A DNA stretch of 64,000 nt from Pelomyxa schiedti. Lineage: Eukaryota; Protista; Evosea. The stretch's first letter is position 1, and every line of letters begins with the position of its first letter. Both the position numbers and the translations under genes were made by a program. The notes beneath the pieces were generated by a model. The model saw only the letters and a program-made list of their open reading frames with translations. It did not search any database and was not told the DNA's origin. Positions 62,859-64,000 of this stretch are shown here, in pieces. The stretch spans positions 1 through 64,000 of the forward strand of contig JAHLWZ010000849.1 in the NCBI GenBank assembly GCA_020536535.1, read 5' to 3'.

Positions 62859-64000
62859 ATGGCCGCGCAACCTCCGAGGCAGCCCCCCCTGCGCCCGCCG
62901 GTGAACAGCGGGGTGGTCGGCAGCGACCCCAGCTCGATGTCGCTGTTCCCGGCGGTGCCGCTGGACCGCGTCGCGAGCCCGCCCCCGCCGGGCCCCGCGC
63001 CCCCGCCCTCCCTCATGCAGCGAGAGAAGGAGCGCGAGAAGGAGAGGGAGAAGGAGAGGGAACGGGAGGAGAGAAGGGAGAGGGAGGCGGCCAAGGAGAG
63101 GGAGAGGGAGCGAGAAAGGGCGGACAAGGCGGAAAGGGAAAGGGAGAGGGAGGCGGCCAAGGAGAGGGAGAGGGAGCGAGAAAGGGCGGAGAAGGCCGAA
63201 AGGAGGCAGCACCGCGACGGTAAGGACAGTGACAAGGACAAGACAGGAGTAAGTGACAACAAATCCAAGACCGACCACAAACACGGACATGGCGGCGGCA
63301 GCAGCGGCGGCGGCGGCGGCAGCACCAAACATAGTAGTAGTAGCAATAGCAGCAGCCAGAGGAACAGTGACAGCGGTTATTCCACCGCTGTTACTAATAC
63401 ATCCTCGTATACCTCGCATTCCCAGCCCCGCAGCAGCAGCAGTAGCAGTAGCAGCAGCAGTACCGCAGCGAGAATCCCCGGCGCCCAACCCGCCCACTCC
63501 CACCCACTAGAGCCTGATACTACTCACTCAGGCTCAAGCAGCAAGCGGGGTGCTTCTTCTTCATCATCAACCTCTGGAGGGGGCAGTAGAACTACGCAGG
63601 CGACGGGAAGCGGCGTGGGGCCACTGAACTTGGCATCGGCCCCTCCACAGGAGTTCCTGGAGTCTGTGCATAGGGAAGTTTGGCGTGATATTGCAACGAT
63701 GTTGGCGGAAGAGGGAGGGGAGGAATTGGCAGTGAAGCTGCAGGACAAGATTAGGATTAAGCTGGATGCAATCAGGCAAGCCTACGTTTTGGCGCCAGAA
63801 GTGGTCCGTGAGGTGAGGTCAACTTCCGCGCCTTATTCGCGGAGAGCTGCTGGAAATGCTATCATTTATGATCTTCTAGACAGCGAAGCACAGAATGTCG
63901 ACAAGGGAGTGGAGGATTTGAGAAATTGGGTGGCGAGGCACCAGCAGGAAGAGGAGAGGCACCTCCGACAGAAGGAATTAGAGGAGAAAACTATAAAAGA
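62859..64000 (+). CDS. 5' part of an unknown protein with Pro-rich, RE/KE-repeat and Ser-rich segments (runs off window)
   Basis: ATG at 62859 (MAAQPPRQPP) opens a frame with no stop up to 64000, so it is absent from the ORF track. A helical-looking region starts at PPQEFLESVHREVWRDIATML. Confidence 0.8.
   Translation, partial: MAAQPPRQPPLRPPVNSGVVGSDPSSMSLFPAVPLDRVASPPPPGPAPPPSLMQREKEREKEREKEREREERREREAAKERERERERADKAEREREREAAKERERERERAEKAERRQHRDGKDSDKDKTGVSDNKSKTDHKHGHGGGSSGGGGGSTKHSSSSNSSSQRNSDSGYSTAVTNTSSYTSHSQPRSSSSSSSSSSTAARIPGAQPAHSHPLEPDTTHSGSSSKRGASSSSSTSGGGSRTTQATGSGVGPLNLASAPPQEFLESVHREVWRDIATMLAEEGGEELAVKLQDKIRIKLDAIRQAYVLAPEVVREVRSTSAPYSRRAAGNAIIYDLLDSEAQNVDKGVEDLRNWVARHQQEEERHLRQKELEEKTIK
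63074..63203 (+). repeat. 66-bp tandem duplication (2 copies) in the RE-rich segment
   Basis: aagggagagggaggcggccaaggagagggagagggagcgagaaagggcgga.aaggc.gaaagg at 63074 and 63140. Confidence 0.9.

Noticed and set aside
1-64000. CRISPR arrays, tRNA or rRNA genes, prokaryotic operons, alternative genetic code
   Set aside because: No regularly spaced repeats, cloverleafs or rRNA motifs were seen by eye. Stops within genes are explained by introns, and TAA, TAG and TGA all serve as terminators.

Overview
Compact, intron-rich eukaryotic DNA. Introns are mostly 40-120 nt and GT-AG, and intergenic gaps are often under 300 nt. Gene content and style suggest an amoebozoan, possibly an archamoeba such as Pelomyxa (inference only). 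A ~36-kb core of intact-looking genes runs in this order: HAPSTR1-like, a receptor-type single-pass RasGAP, PRP31, TMEM181-like, a bacterial-type sensor-HAMP adenylyl cyclase, cyclin Y-like, an MCWS-type membrane protein, a small BRC-repeat protein, a zinc-finger/ADD-HDAC fusion, gamma-synergin-like and TBC1D13-like. This core is flanked by two inverted paralogous blocks, each with an unknown decayed gene plus a TKL-SH2 kinase; the kinase is a pseudogene on the left and intact on the right. The right part holds a ~15.5-kb gene for a giant coiled-coil/Ser-rich protein with a 9.5-kb last exon, and the 5' end of another gene. Best novelty candidates: the plexin-like receptor RasGAP with about 12 Cys-bearing FN3-like modules, a ~209-aa protein made of BRCA2-type BRC motifs with no DNA-binding domain, and the C2CH/ADD-HDAC fusion. 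Exon boundaries were read by eye and family calls come from remembered motifs, not database searches.
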